Assembly: GCA_963779615.1 (NCBI GenBank)
Contig: CAVZZA010000005.1
Location: 320,001-384,000 of the forward strand
Direction of reading: 5' to 3'
DNA from: an uncultured Nitrososphaeraceae archaeon
Lineage (GTDB): Archaea > Thermoproteota > Nitrososphaeria > Nitrososphaerales > Nitrososphaeraceae
DNA: 64,000 bases
Part shown: in pieces, positions 11,153 through 22,591 of the stretch
Layout of the letters: every line of letters starts with the position of its first letter
Position numbering within the stretch: the stretch's first letter is position 1
Notes under the pieces: model-generated
Told to the model about the DNA's origin: nothing
Databases searched by the model: none
Seen by the model: only the letters and a program-made list of their open reading frames with translations
Position numbers and translations under genes: made by a program

Positions 11153-12329
11153 TTAGATGTGGGAAAAGACGATATTCTTGATATTCTCAATTCCATCTAA
11201 ATTGTTGCTTATCTCCATTAACATTGCGATGCTTTTTTTACATACTTATCTGTCATTGCTTATCCTTTCAATCATTTTTATTATTGATGCTGTATCTATT
11301 TTTTGGATTGAGGGTCATTCCGATTCCTAGTTTTTCTATTTTAATGGAATTTGAAATCTGTTCACCGTGATTTTCTATAGGTATTGATATAAATGGTTTT
11401 CCAAATTGAATTGCTTGGGAGATTGCTGTGTGTCCGCCCCTAATAATTAAACATGTCGATAGTTGGAATATTTCATCCCTATGTGGACACCATTCATAAT
11501 ACCATATATTGCCTGAAACTTTTTTTGGACGGCATATCTCCATTAGATTTTCCTTCTGAAAAAATAAATTGAATATTGGTTAGATTTTGACATGCTTCAA
11601 TAATTTTCAAAATAATTGGTTTTCTTGTTTCCTTGGGCCCGCTAATATGAACAAAGATCTAATAGTTTGGTTTTATCGATTTGAAGTAAACTTCGCAACG
11701 CTGTTTATTCTTTAATTTGAAAGGGTTTTTTTAGGTGAAATGAATCCAATATATTTTATTTTGGATTTTGTAGATTTAACTGAATTTATTGTTTCTTCTG
11801 AAATTGTGTACGGTGGGGGTAAATCTGGTATCAAAATGTTCGTCTGATATGTCTCCATAAACCTCCCATCAATTCCCCCATGCAAGTCTCAAAAAATTTT
11901 GCGATTCGAAATTTTCCTTAGCCTTGGTGTCAATAATAGTTTGATTTGGTTGATTAGCAAAATTGTTGGTATATTTAGCAATTTTCCTGCAACCAGTGAT
12001 GATATCCTTGTATCTGAAATTATGATTTGTGGATTGAATTTTTTTAAATATCTTATTTCTCTGTTGATTTGAATTGGTAAATTGGTTACCCATTTGGGAA
12101 TCTTCGAGATGTTGTGTTTAGCTGAGAACTCTCCATCTCTTCCCCACAAAAACTCTACTGGGGGTACAATATTACACTCATATCCATGGAGGTTCAGGTA
12201 GTTTTTTGCCTCTCCAAATGATGAAAATCTTGATTCAAGTCCAAATCCTTTAAGATAGTCTGCCAAAACTAAAAGCCGGCTTGCATGACCTAAACCAACG
12301 CCATATGGTGTAAAATACAGTCTCCGCAA
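11153..12329 (-). pseudogene. MurG-like/GT28 glycosyltransferase, frameshifted
   Basis: N-terminal GVGLGHASR, middle PDLPPPYTI, C-terminal RGGHTAISQAIQFGKP..IP...HGEQ..N, in separate frames. Confidence 0.8.
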
Positions 12330-12497
12330 TATTATGACGATTTTCTATAAAGCGTTTAAAAATGTTAGTTTATTCAACGAAAATATTGTTAATGCATGAC
12401 ATTCTATTATAACATTCCTTAATAGTGGACTTATGAGTGTTAGATACTACGTTGTTAATGGTAATATTGATAAATTAGCAGATGTAGAGTTTAAGCA

Positions 12498-13334
12498 GTG
12501 AGCACAAAATCATTCTCATCAAAATACAATCATAGTCATCTTATGCAATATGCGATAGGAATTTTGTCAATTTTATTGGTTATTCAAATGCTTTCATATG
12601 GTAAAACACCTGTTTTAGCTGCCACTGATAATTCTTTTAGTGGCTCAGCAGTCAACGGCGCCATTACCACAAATCCCAATTGTGGGCAGGTAGTAACAGG
12701 AAATGTTAAGCTAACCTCCAACCTGATTTGTAACAGTGATGGACTAATAGTAGGGGGCCCAGACACTAAGATAAATCTTAATGGCTTCTCCATCAAAGGC
12801 CCTGGCATGGACAGCAATAAGGCAGGAATAAGCACCTCCGGACAAGAAAATATTACCATAACTGGAAATGGCGAGATAACAGGTTTTTCATCAGGGATAT
12901 ATATTTCAGGAAGTAACAACGTTTTAACTAAAAATGTTAACATTAGCATCAACAAAATTGCAATTTACATCTCTGGAAGCAAATTTTCTGACATAAACAA
13001 TAACATGCTAAACAATAACACTATTGCAATATCATCCCAATCTTCAACTCAAACAAATATAACAAACAATCTTGTAAGTGGAAATAGTAACGCTGGGATA
13101 ACTTTCAAAAACACCGTTGACTCCTTTATCAGTGAAAACAACATATTGAATACAAAAATTGGAATTTTTATGGATGTTCAAAGTTCATTGAATAAAGTAA
13201 ATTTCAATAATTTGTTCAATAATGAGTTGGACATTGATAATGCGAACAATCTTGCGGTCAACATTAACAATAATTATTTTACAAACAATAACTGCAACAC
13301 AAGTTTGCCATCCGGTCTATGTGTTGGGAGATAG
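12498..13334 (+). CDS. secreted right-handed beta-helix (NosD-like) protein
   Basis: Signal peptide, CG..V...VKL..NL.C..DGL..., INLNGF, Asn/Ile-rich repeats. Confidence 0.8.
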   Translation: MSTKSFSSKYNHSHLMQYAIGILSILLVIQMLSYGKTPVLAATDNSFSGSAVNGAITTNPNCGQVVTGNVKLTSNLICNSDGLIVGGPDTKINLNGFSIKGPGMDSNKAGISTSGQENITITGNGEITGFSSGIYISGSNNVLTKNVNISINKIAIYISGSKFSDINNNMLNNNTIAISSQSSTQTNITNNLVSGNSNAGITFKNTVDSFISENNILNTKIGIFMDVQSSLNKVNFNNLFNNELDIDNANNLAVNINNNYFTNNNCNTSLPSGLCVGR

Positions 13335-13432
13335 TGATGTAAAACAAGATAAGACAACACAACTTCCATCCCTGTTCGATAAAAAAAAATAAAGAATTAG
13401 GTTTTTTTAAGGTATAGTATGTTATGCACCAC

Positions 13433-14119
13433 CTAGGTCGTATTGCCTTTCATCACTGATTTATCTACCATGGACATGTTTTTAGCCATACTGTCATTGT
13501 CGCTCATAATTGACTGATTCATTCTCCAGTCCTTCATATTCTTTATCATGTCTCCTGTCATCAACGGTATCCATTTTTTCACCATTTCTGAATCATTCAT
13601 CGCGATTTTCATCATTTTCATTTCCCCGTTGAAATCATGTACAAGTCCGTAAATTGGGGTATCTCCAAAATGGTTATTTACTTTAGACGGATCTATTGAA
13701 ATAGCTATTGTGTTGTTGTTAGCAATAGTGACTTGGGCAGGGACATTATCAACTGGACCATCTTTCATTGTTATTGAAACGGTTCCGTCAAATATCGTGT
13801 CATTTCCCTGCTTAGCCACATTGTTTACAATTGCATTGTATATTTTGTGAATATGTGGCGCAGATCCATTAATCATGACCATATTAAAGATGCTATGAAA
13901 ACCGGCATCAGTTTTGTTTGTATCATTCATGTTCGCCATCCATTTCCCTGCTAAAATCCAGTCCTGGTTTATGCTTGCAATGGGTCCAAAATGAAAGTTG
14001 TGGGTTTGCGAATAGTTAGCGGTGACCGAGTTTATCCCGGTTAATGAAAGTAAAAATCCAGCAATTATGCATGTGCCAAGAATTTTAAAACATTTTTTGC
14101 GGTTAAACACAATAAACAC
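13433..14119 (-). CDS. secreted hypothetical protein with Met-rich C-terminus
   Basis: Signal peptide; GPIASI/WILAGKW/NNHFGDTPIYG core resembling a Nitrososphaeraceae family; Met-rich tail. Confidence 0.75.
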   Translation of the reverse strand: MFIVFNRKKCFKILGTCIIAGFLLSLTGINSVTANYSQTHNFHFGPIASINQDWILAGKWMANMNDTNKTDAGFHSIFNMVMINGSAPHIHKIYNAIVNNVAKQGNDTIFDGTVSITMKDGPVDNVPAQVTIANNNTIAISIDPSKVNNHFGDTPIYGLVHDFNGEMKMMKIAMNDSEMVKKWIPLMTGDMIKNMKDWRMNQSIMSDNDSMAKNMSMVDKSVMKGNTT

Positions 14120-14226
14120 ATGGTAAAATAGTTTATAAATATTAAAGGTAAGATTATCCTACTTAAATTAACCACCAAATAAAAAGTATTTAAAACAGCC
14201 TTTTATTACTAAATCAACTAAATATT

Positions 14227-14922
14227 TTGTATTCAGTAAATTGGCAACGAGACATAGAGATTGCACTTGTTGATGGTAGAAAAGTGATAATAAAAAAAGA
14301 CAAAGCCACCAAAATAATAAATGAATCCCTATTAGTTTTCCTATATTCATTAATATCTATTTTATTATTACATCCCTCATCACCACCCAAACTTGGCAAA
14401 TCAGTTTTATTAAACGAAGGTGAAGAAAACAGAAGAAAATTAAATAAAATGGGAATACCAACCCCACGTCTTCACCATATTAGCAATGATACCATAATAG
14501 AAGAATATGTAGAGGGTGGGAATTTATACAAGTTTTTAAAAAACGGCGGGAATTTAGAAATTGTTTTCAAAGCAGGGGTAATAACAGGAAAATTACACCA
14601 GGCTGGCTTTTGTTTTGTAGACAATAAAGCCCAAAACTATCTAGTGAATAGGTCGGATCTGATTCGCACAGATATTGGACTCATTCAAAAAAAAAAATCC
14701 ATCTATGCAAAAAGTGTGGATATTGGCATATTTTTATCCAGCCTTATAGACCTTGACAGAGAAAAATATAAAACAATCGAGAGGGTTTTTTTAGAAGGAG
14801 TAAAAGCAGGGTCTAAAAATAAAATACCATACTTGTCAACAATTGTGAGAAACATATCTTCCCTGGCATTATCATCTAATCACCACAACTTGATAATAAA
14901 CTTGATTCTCAAACCAGACTAA
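14227..14922 (+). CDS. protein-kinase-like (Bud32/RIO/Kdo-like) protein
   Basis: GIPTPRL, IIEEYVEG, LHQAG..F.D.K..NYL, TDIG kinase-like subdomains. Confidence 0.65.
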   Translation: MYSVNWQRDIEIALVDGRKVIIKKDKATKIINESLLVFLYSLISILLLHPSSPPKLGKSVLLNEGEENRRKLNKMGIPTPRLHHISNDTIIEEYVEGGNLYKFLKNGGNLEIVFKAGVITGKLHQAGFCFVDNKAQNYLVNRSDLIRTDIGLIQKKKSIYAKSVDIGIFLSSLIDLDREKYKTIERVFLEGVKAGSKNKIPYLSTIVRNISSLALSSNHHNLIINLILKPD

Positions 14923-14933
14923 TCATTCAGAAT

Positions 14934-15329
14934 TCAGATAGGTGGCAATTCAACTTTCTTGTCAAACCCGCCGGATCCAAATTTACAGTAAAAGCATTTC
15001 TCTGACATCATGTATGGAATTTGTTGTATGACAACAGCACCCAGTTTTAATGCAATTTTTGTCATTACTCTGTATTTTAAAGGCATGGCGGGAATTACTT
15101 CCTTGAAATAAACATTATAGTGATCAGGGCAGAATTTCAGGGTCACGTTTGAAGAAGACCTTTTGCTCATCTCTAGGTTTTTACTAGCTGAATTTAAATT
15201 TTTTGCAACGTTAATCTGTTCACGAATATACTCATGTTTAGGACATGGACAATCCTTTCCTCCGGGATGTTTGTAGGCTGGAGTATTTTTCCAGTCAAAC
15301 TCTGAAAAATCTTTATCGAAATCATCCAT
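14934..15329 (-). CDS. hypothetical protein with Cys/His motifs
   Basis: CPCPKH, FCPDH, CFYC; clean ORF. Confidence 0.7.
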   Translation of the reverse strand: MDDFDKDFSEFDWKNTPAYKHPGGKDCPCPKHEYIREQINVAKNLNSASKNLEMSKRSSSNVTLKFCPDHYNVYFKEVIPAMPLKYRVMTKIALKLGAVVIQQIPYMMSEKCFYCKFGSGGFDKKVELPPI

Positions 15330-15768
15330 TCTTTTTCATGTACATATATGTTGTATAGAATATAAATATATAGTTCGACTTTTCTGATTAGACCGACCAA
15401 TAATCAGCGGTTCAATCGTTATTAAGAGGGGTAAATGTGTAAAGGTTTGTGTTTAGTCGGTCAACAGCGTTTTTAAAAAGAAAATAATTAACAACAATTA
15501 ATCATTTTATTATCATCAGAATTCATATTTATGGGTTCATCATTTCAATTCTCACACAAAGGGACTAAATAACGATTTATTCCCAAATTTCCAAAAGCAA
15601 TATGGTTTGCACACTGGGAAATGGTGTTTTACCATAGTTGTCTTCTACTGTTTTTGTGTTCAAATTCCTTTTTTGGAAAAACATTAAACAATTTTGCAAA
15701 AGACCATTAGATTAGACAATTTTTGCGTCTTTCCTTTTTCATAACAGAATAACATATGATTCTTTTTA

Positions 15769-16839
15769 ATGATTGTAAAGAGAAAGATTATATTTTTCTA
15801 CATATTAACAGTTGTAGGCGGCGTGGTTCAAGAACAGACTGGCGGAAATTCAGCTATAGCTCCAACTGCTGCAGCTATAGCTTCTGCAACAAAAAAAGAC
15901 AATAGAATGAATAATACAATAGATTCAAATCAAAAAACACTTTTAGATTTCAAAAAAAAGTTACTAGATGAACAGAAAAACGGAGAAGGCAAAATAGACA
16001 AAATTAACCAAAAAATAGAAGAAACCAAAAAAATAATTGACGAGGAAAGGGTAAAGTTAGAAGAAGAAAGGTTAAAATTAAAGCACACAAATGAAGCCAA
16101 AGATGCGGATTATACAAAGTTCACAGAATTAAAAAATAATTTAATTGAAGAAAGAAAGCGGATGAAAACATTGGATTCTAAAGCCTCCAGTACAGGTACA
16201 GGTACAGGTACAGGGTTTAGATCCAGAAGAGACAAATACAATATTTCAAATTTAACAAGAGCACTAGATCAAATCGAAAAAGACATCCAAACAAAAAAAC
16301 TGTCCAAGGACGAAGAAAGGAGACTGGTTCTAAAATCCAAGGAGATTGCGACCAGACTTCATGCATTAAAGGTCATTCACAAAAAGGAAGACACATACAA
16401 AAACATGGCAATAAAATTTGATGACCTAAGGGGAAAGATGACCAAAATATTTGACCAAAAAGCTGAAATTGGAAAGGGAATAGGCAAATTAAAATCAAAT
16501 TTAGACGACTTGTTAAATAAAAGAGAAGAACTTTACGAAGAAAGAAGAATGGTCATCCATCTGGTAAGGGAAGCAGGTGCAAAATTAGAAATGGTGGATA
16601 CACAGCTTAATGCGATAGAATTCAAAAGGACTCGTTTACAATATTCCTCAGACAGACAACGAAGGCAAACAGGTGAAAGAAGAAGTAGGCATGAAATTCC
16701 ACAGGATAAAATGAGGAAAAACAGGGAAAACCAAGAGTTGTGGAATTCGTTAAAGGAGGTAGCAATGAAGAAAATGTCTAGCGGAGAAAAACTTACATTT
16801 GATGAAATGAAATTGATTTATTCTGATGATTCAGAGTAA
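15769..16839 (+). CDS. archaeal coiled-coil protein
   Basis: Long K/E heptad-rich helix; QTKKLSKDEERRLV and C-terminal GEKLTFDEM motifs; start uncertain. Confidence 0.8.
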   Translation: MIVKRKIIFFYILTVVGGVVQEQTGGNSAIAPTAAAIASATKKDNRMNNTIDSNQKTLLDFKKKLLDEQKNGEGKIDKINQKIEETKKIIDEERVKLEEERLKLKHTNEAKDADYTKFTELKNNLIEERKRMKTLDSKASSTGTGTGTGFRSRRDKYNISNLTRALDQIEKDIQTKKLSKDEERRLVLKSKEIATRLHALKVIHKKEDTYKNMAIKFDDLRGKMTKIFDQKAEIGKGIGKLKSNLDDLLNKREELYEERRMVIHLVREAGAKLEMVDTQLNAIEFKRTRLQYSSDRQRRQTGERRSRHEIPQDKMRKNRENQELWNSLKEVAMKKMSSGEKLTFDEMKLIYSDDSE

Positions 16840-17202
16840 TAACGAGTAATAAATTATTTAATTTTTTAAATAATCTGTTAATTCCTGGTCTTTTATCTAT
16901 CAGTTGTATTTGAATACATAAAATTAATCACATCAACAAATTTTCTTTTTCTTTTACAAAAACCGACTGGCTTTGATTTATGATTCGATAGCATTATTTG
17001 ATGATTTTACCCCAATTGATTGTCGCCATTTTCAGAATAGCAATTGGTGTTACAAATGATAAAAGCATCAGATAGCGATTACCCCGGATTCATCAACACC
17101 TTTTTCAAAGGTTACTTTATAATATGACAACAAATGATTTGCCAATATTTGAATCTGATAAAAACCGTGTTGTTTAGATTATGTGAATCTAATATCACGC
17201 TA

Positions 17203-17663
17203 AAGTATATCATCAAAGAGAAAGAGAATTTCTGAATTCACAGTTGACGAGGCGCCAATTAAGGCCGGTTCAGAATACATTTGGTTGTGGGTTGCTATCG
17301 AGCAAAAAAACAAGCAAATTCTCGCACTGTCCACATCCAAAAAAAAAGAAACATGTTTGTGGCAGAGGTTTATCGAAGGTTTGGCCAAGAATCATGGAAA
17401 ACATCCGGTTTCCACAGATGGGGGGACATGGTATCCACAAGCATGCCGGTTCTTGAAAATAAATTATCACATTCATTCACCCTATGAGAAAAGCACTATT
17501 GAAAGGACAATGCAGTATATCAAGGACAGGACAGAATGTTTTGGTGATTACTTTCCTTGCAGCAGAAAGAAGGGTTGCAATTTCCTCCATATCAATAACT
17601 GGCTCGGACTATTTGCGACAATGCATAACAAGGAGAGTCTAAAGGCCTTAAGTTAACAGGGCC
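17203..17663 (+). mobile_element. 5'-truncated IS6-family remnant
   Basis: VDE..IK.G...WLWVAIE, STDGGTWYPQAC, IERTMQYIKDRTE; right TIR TAAGTTAACAGGGCC ending 17663. Confidence 0.85.
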
Positions 17664-18198
17664 GTATCAAGGGTTTGTGAAAAAAGCAATAGCAATTTTA
17701 ATATCGGATCAGATGTTCCTATTGGCACTCATTCTTGTTTGGACTGCAAAGTTAAGTCATTCCCCTTTTTTTGAAACCACGCGCACCAAACTTAACCGTT
17801 ATTGTACATGACTTGGCATTCAAATTTTTTCGCTCTTGAAAGCAAGTATCAAAACAACTTCATCTATATCTTTGATTCACTGGTGCGTTGTCCTTTCAAT
17901 GAACTCTTTAGCAGGGAGTAAACGTGAGACGGCTTGGTTACAACGAATGGAAGGTCTGCTGACGGATACTATGCAATATCACACCTTTTAAAACCTGATG
18001 TTTCCCCATACTCTTGTTCCTTCCATCTCCCAAGAAACCTTGCCTTAGCAATAACAACTCAGTATTGCCAATCACCAAAATTGATTCAATGCGGTAGAGA
18101 ATATCCCCAATTCGCATGAAAAATGTTTATTGCAACCTAACGTTTTATTTTGTAAAAACATTTCTATAGTCAATGGACAGAATTGATTATTAGACGTT

Positions 18199-18561
18199 TC
18201 ATTTCTCAACAAGCTCATCATATTTTCTTTTGATTTCGTTATAATCACTAGACTGAATGTCAGGAGTATTTATGTAGAGATAGTTTTTTGCCGGTTCATT
18301 TTTTTGGAATCTTTTCCAATTGTCTAAAAATTTTTTTATGAAATCCTCAATTATCTCTGTAGTGGTGATTCCTGTAGAATCTATCCTTAGTGATTCGTTA
18401 ATTAAGCATATTTCCTCTTTACTGTCTCCACTAATGTATTCTATTGGAATTGGTTTAAACTTTGTATCTTTGACTCTAAAAGGCAAGATAATTGCAATAT
18501 AGGCCCTGGAATCTTCATGTTTTTTTGATGGTGGTTTCATGGGTATTATAATATACACCAA
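18199..18561 (-). CDS. hypothetical protein
   Basis: 120-aa ORF, no recognisable motif. Confidence 0.45.
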   Translation of the reverse strand: MVYIIIPMKPPSKKHEDSRAYIAIILPFRVKDTKFKPIPIEYISGDSKEEICLINESLRIDSTGITTTEIIEDFIKKFLDNWKRFQKNEPAKNYLYINTPDIQSSDYNEIKRKYDELVEK

Positions 18562-19111
18562 TCAACTAAAAAATTCTTTGCTCAACATATTTGATGATGG
18601 GTTGTTTTCACAATCACAATAGAAAACATTGTTTTGATAAATTCATCACTTAATTGTAATTATGACACCATTTTTTGCTTAGCAACAATTTCACACAAAT
18701 AGCATGATTGAATGAAAACTTGCCATTATGAAACGTGAAATAATGTAAAAACCATATCTATTTGCTCGCTGGATCTGTCCATGTGATGGTTTGCAATCAT
18801 TATTCAAAAAAACTTACAAGATTCAACCAATACTCCACATGCTTTGGTTTACATCCCTTTTTCTTTACCTATGGGGGATAATCGTCAAAAAATCAAAGAA
18901 CCTTTGGATGAGGTATTTTCTTTATGGCAGTGTAAAAACATATTGACAAAATGAGTTTTTAGTGCCCTTAACGATTTTGCCGTGACAAATGCCAATTTAC
19001 AGCCCAAATGAAGACTCAGACAGGCAATGTTTTGAATTGACATCATCAGCAGTTATCAAGGCATTAAGAAATACAATAGTTTAAGACAATAGGGAGATTG
19101 ATCTTCTATAT

Positions 19112-19924
19112 ATGATGGTAAGTGTAAGTGCAAATTGGCTTGCCTCCAACTTAGACGATTCAAATTTGGTTATTATAGACGCGAGAGGAATATTGCCGTA
19201 CAGATACGGACACATCAGAAACGCCGTGCCCTTAGGTGTTGAGGGAGTTATTTCTGTTTCGGACAATGGATCAAACCTGGTTGTAGACGCGCAGACAGCA
19301 GAAAAGACATTTAGTGACCTTGGTATCGATGATACAAAGTCAGTCGTGGTCTATGGCGAATATCCCGATCCTTCAGTGGCCAGGGTAGTTTGGACCCTAT
19401 TGTATTATGGGCATTCAAGGGTAAAACTTTTAGATGTGGGGTACTGCCAATGGCAGAAAGAAGGATTCCCAAGCACTGAACAAATTCCAATTACGGCAAA
19501 AAAACCAACAAAAGGTGATGATGGTGTTGTTAATAATGTTGGTGTTAGTTTTACCGCAAAAGCAAATCCTACAATTAGAGCAGATGCTCAGATGATTAAG
19601 GAAAAACAAAAGGATCCTAATGTGGTCATTATCGACGCCAGAACCCCTCAGGAACACTTTCAAGCAAGAATTCCTGGCTCAATTTTGCACAACTGGGAAG
19701 AAGGATTAGGCGACCATGGAGAGATGATAAAAGATAAAGACAGGTTACAGAAGGATTTTGAAGAAAAAGGAATTACTAAAGAAAAGGAAATCATATGCTA
19801 TTGTCACTCAGGAATGAGGGCATCGCACAAATACTTACAATTAAAGCAAGCAGGCTTTGATAATGTCAGGATGTATGACGGATCTATCATAGATTGGGCA
19901 AATCGACGTAACCCCCTACGGTAA
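19112..19924 (+). CDS. two-domain rhodanese / thiosulfate sulfurtransferase
   Basis: IIDAR twice, GHIRNAV, active site YCHSGMR, YDGSIIDW. Confidence 0.92.
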   Translation: MMVSVSANWLASNLDDSNLVIIDARGILPYRYGHIRNAVPLGVEGVISVSDNGSNLVVDAQTAEKTFSDLGIDDTKSVVVYGEYPDPSVARVVWTLLYYGHSRVKLLDVGYCQWQKEGFPSTEQIPITAKKPTKGDDGVVNNVGVSFTAKANPTIRADAQMIKEKQKDPNVVIIDARTPQEHFQARIPGSILHNWEEGLGDHGEMIKDKDRLQKDFEEKGITKEKEIICYCHSGMRASHKYLQLKQAGFDNVRMYDGSIIDWANRRNPLR

Positions 19925-20087
19925 AATTGATCATATGGAAAATTGATCACCGTATCTTTAATTTGTGTTGTTTATCAATCAATAAATTATAATGACCAGA
20001 TTAAATTGTTAATGAGAAGTTTAAGCATCAAAGCTGGCTAAAAATGTGTTTTGAGAACGGTTAACTATTTAATACTTATTCCAATAA

Positions 20088-21092
20088 ATGTACTCTATAA
20101 TACTAATGTCAAATTCTAATAACGCTGTTAAGGGAGATATGGATAAAAGCCCCAACAATAAAAACAAAAATAGTAAAAAAACTTTAAAATCAAATATTCC
20201 AGTAACTAATGAAGAAGTGAATGCGGGTAAAGCTAAACCCACCCAAAGCCATAAGGATCAAACAGGAAATTCGACTGTACAGAAGAAAAAATCTATAACG
20301 AAAAACAGTAATGACCAACAGGGCAAATTCGCCGATAAAGAAATTGAGAAAAGGTTAAGAATAGAGCATGAGGAGAGAGCCAAGGCGGATGCTGAGAAAA
20401 AAGCTCAGAGCCTTCTGCAACAAGCTGAAGTAAAGTCCAAAATCGAGGCCGAGAAGAGATCAAAGGAAATAGCAAAAGAGGCTGAGGACAAAGCCAGGCA
20501 GGAGGCCGAGAAGAGATCAAAGGAAATAGCAAAAGAGGCTGAGGACAAAGCCAGGCAGGAGGCCGAGAAGAGATCAAAGGAAATAGCAAAAGAGGCTGAG
20601 GACAAAGCCAGGCAGGAGGCCGAGAAGAGATCAAAGGAAATAGCAAAAGAGGCTGAGGACAAAGCCAGGCAGGAGGCCGAGAAGAGATCAAAGGAAATAG
20701 CAAAAGAGGCTGAGGACAAAGCCAGGCAGGAGGCCGAGAAGAGATCAAAGGAAATAGCAAAAGAGGCTGAGGACAAAGCCAGGCAGGAGGCCGAGAAGAG
20801 ATCAAAGGAAATAGCAAAAGAGGCTGAGGACAAAGCCAGGCAGGAGGCCGAGAAGAGATCAAAGGAAATAGCAAAAGATTTTGAATACGTTCCTGAAGAG
20901 GAAATGGGAAACCTAGTCGATGGCTATAACGCAAATGATAAATTAATTAATCCATTTAGTACGGGCATAGACCTATGGCAAAGTTACTCTAGAATGTGGA
21001 TTTTTTTTTATAAAGAAACCATGAACAACACCGCAAAGTTAACCCAAGAGCTAGGGAAATCAGTGCGAGATGGCTTTATAAAAAACGCATAG
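20088..21092 (+). CDS. charged helical repeat protein
   Basis: Basic disordered N-terminus, 19-aa E/K/A/R repeats, C-terminal amphipathic NPF...LWQSY..MW segment. Confidence 0.75.
   Translation: MYSIILMSNSNNAVKGDMDKSPNNKNKNSKKTLKSNIPVTNEEVNAGKAKPTQSHKDQTGNSTVQKKKSITKNSNDQQGKFADKEIEKRLRIEHEERAKADAEKKAQSLLQQAEVKSKIEAEKRSKEIAKEAEDKARQEAEKRSKEIAKEAEDKARQEAEKRSKEIAKEAEDKARQEAEKRSKEIAKEAEDKARQEAEKRSKEIAKEAEDKARQEAEKRSKEIAKEAEDKARQEAEKRSKEIAKEAEDKARQEAEKRSKEIAKDFEYVPEEEMGNLVDGYNANDKLINPFSTGIDLWQSYSRMWIFFYKETMNNTAKLTQELGKSVRDGFIKNA
20445..20878 (+). repeat. 57-bp perfect tandem repeat, 7 full copies plus a partial
   Basis: Unit GAGGCCGAGAAGAGATCAAAGGAAATAGCAAAAGAGGCTGAGGACAAAGCCAGGCAG = EAEKRSKEIAKEAEDKARQ. 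Confidence 0.95.
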
Positions 21093-21347
21093 CCCAAAAA
21101 ACAGAATGCAAATGCGACACAACCTCCAGGAACAAATAATTGTGTAGTTGCTACACTTATTGATATCCCTTAGTGACTTCCAACCTAAATCCAGTATTAA
21201 CAGTCTTTGCCGTCAAGAAAACATTTCGTCCAAGAGAAACCATATAAAATGAGGCCTTGGTAATGCGGTGTTTGCAAACCGGATTAGCGCAAAATTGCAA
21301 TAAAAACGGAATCTGCCAAAGGAACTTGATGAATTCTGAATGTTTAT

Positions 21348-22316
21348 TCAGGCGTCTCGAATAAGCGAACTTATGACAGCTGTCCACCCTTCCGCGATAT
21401 TTGTGTGGTTATACCCTCCTCCGCCTAATGAAATCAGCCTCCCGTTACAATGCTTGTGCGAAAGATGATGCAATTTATCCGCCGCATAGGCGTGCGATTT
21501 TGAGGTAAACCGTAAATGAGTTAAGGGGTCACCGCCAATACCGTCAGCACCGCATTGGAAAATTATCAGTTCAGGCCTTGCAATGCTATCTATAAAATCT
21601 TCAACTTTTTTAAATGCAACAATAAAATCATCATCTTTTGAACCTGGCTTCAACGGTATGTTTAATTTTGTACCTTTGGCATCCCCAGAGCCTGTTTCTG
21701 TCTCATTGCCAGTTCCTGGATACAGATACCTTCCATCCTCATGCATATCTGCAATAAACACCGAAGAGTCTTCTTCAAACCCATAATAAACCCCGTCACC
21801 ATGATGAGCATCTATATCCACATAACTTATTCTTTTTACACCATACCTTTTTTTTGCCATCATGATTACGACACCTATGTCATTAAACACACAGAATCCC
21901 CCGGCAGAATTCCTTTTTGCGTGATGAAGCCCGCCAATGGGGCTGAATGCATGCAACACCCCATCTCTTCTCTCCATCACCATATAAAGTGCTTTGAGAC
22001 TTGTGCCGACTACATAACATGAGGCTTCATATACGCCTTTAAACGCCGGGGTATCGCCAATATCTAAAAAACCTGCCCCTACTTTTGAAGATGCCTTAAC
22101 CGTATCAACATAATCCGCATCATGGAATTGTCGCAGAATTTCATCTTGCACAGTTTCAGGTTTCTCTATTGTTATTCTATCAGACTGGGAAAGATTCATT
22201 TCATTGAACTTGGACCAGAACGAATAGATTCTATTAGAATTAAATGGATGCGATTCCCCAAATCCATACTTTGCAAGTTCTTTTCCAAAAAATACAGCTG
22301 TTTTGCACACACACAT
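21348..22316 (-). CDS. histone deacetylase family protein (AcuC-like)
   Basis: GGLHHA, GGFCVFND, DIDAHHGDG, GADGIGGDPL, GGGGY motifs. Confidence 0.93.
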   Translation of the reverse strand: MCVCKTAVFFGKELAKYGFGESHPFNSNRIYSFWSKFNEMNLSQSDRITIEKPETVQDEILRQFHDADYVDTVKASSKVGAGFLDIGDTPAFKGVYEASCYVVGTSLKALYMVMERRDGVLHAFSPIGGLHHAKRNSAGGFCVFNDIGVVIMMAKKRYGVKRISYVDIDAHHGDGVYYGFEEDSSVFIADMHEDGRYLYPGTGNETETGSGDAKGTKLNIPLKPGSKDDDFIVAFKKVEDFIDSIARPELIIFQCGADGIGGDPLTHLRFTSKSHAYAADKLHHLSHKHCNGRLISLGGGGYNHTNIAEGWTAVISSLIRDA

Positions 22317-22591
22317 TAAACCACGTACACTGCAAAAAAAGATTTGTTGATCCAAAATATGGTGTACCTTAATTTTTTTTCATTCATGAAATTAACTTGA
22401 CTACGTCTCCAAAGATCAAACTCAAGAATTCCCCAAATTTGGGTTGAAATACACATCAAACACCAAATTCATTACTGCACAATTTGACAATGCGTTATTT
22501 TTTTTTAACCAAAATATAACTATTACCAATGTTTTCTCCTTACCCTTTTTATGAATTTATAAAGATTATTACCATGAGGTGAAAAATTGTT

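Noticed and set aside
20293-20934. Minus-strand repeat ORFs and CRISPR-like periodicity
   Set aside because: 57-bp units are contiguous with no unique spacers and are in frame in a + strand protein; no cas genes
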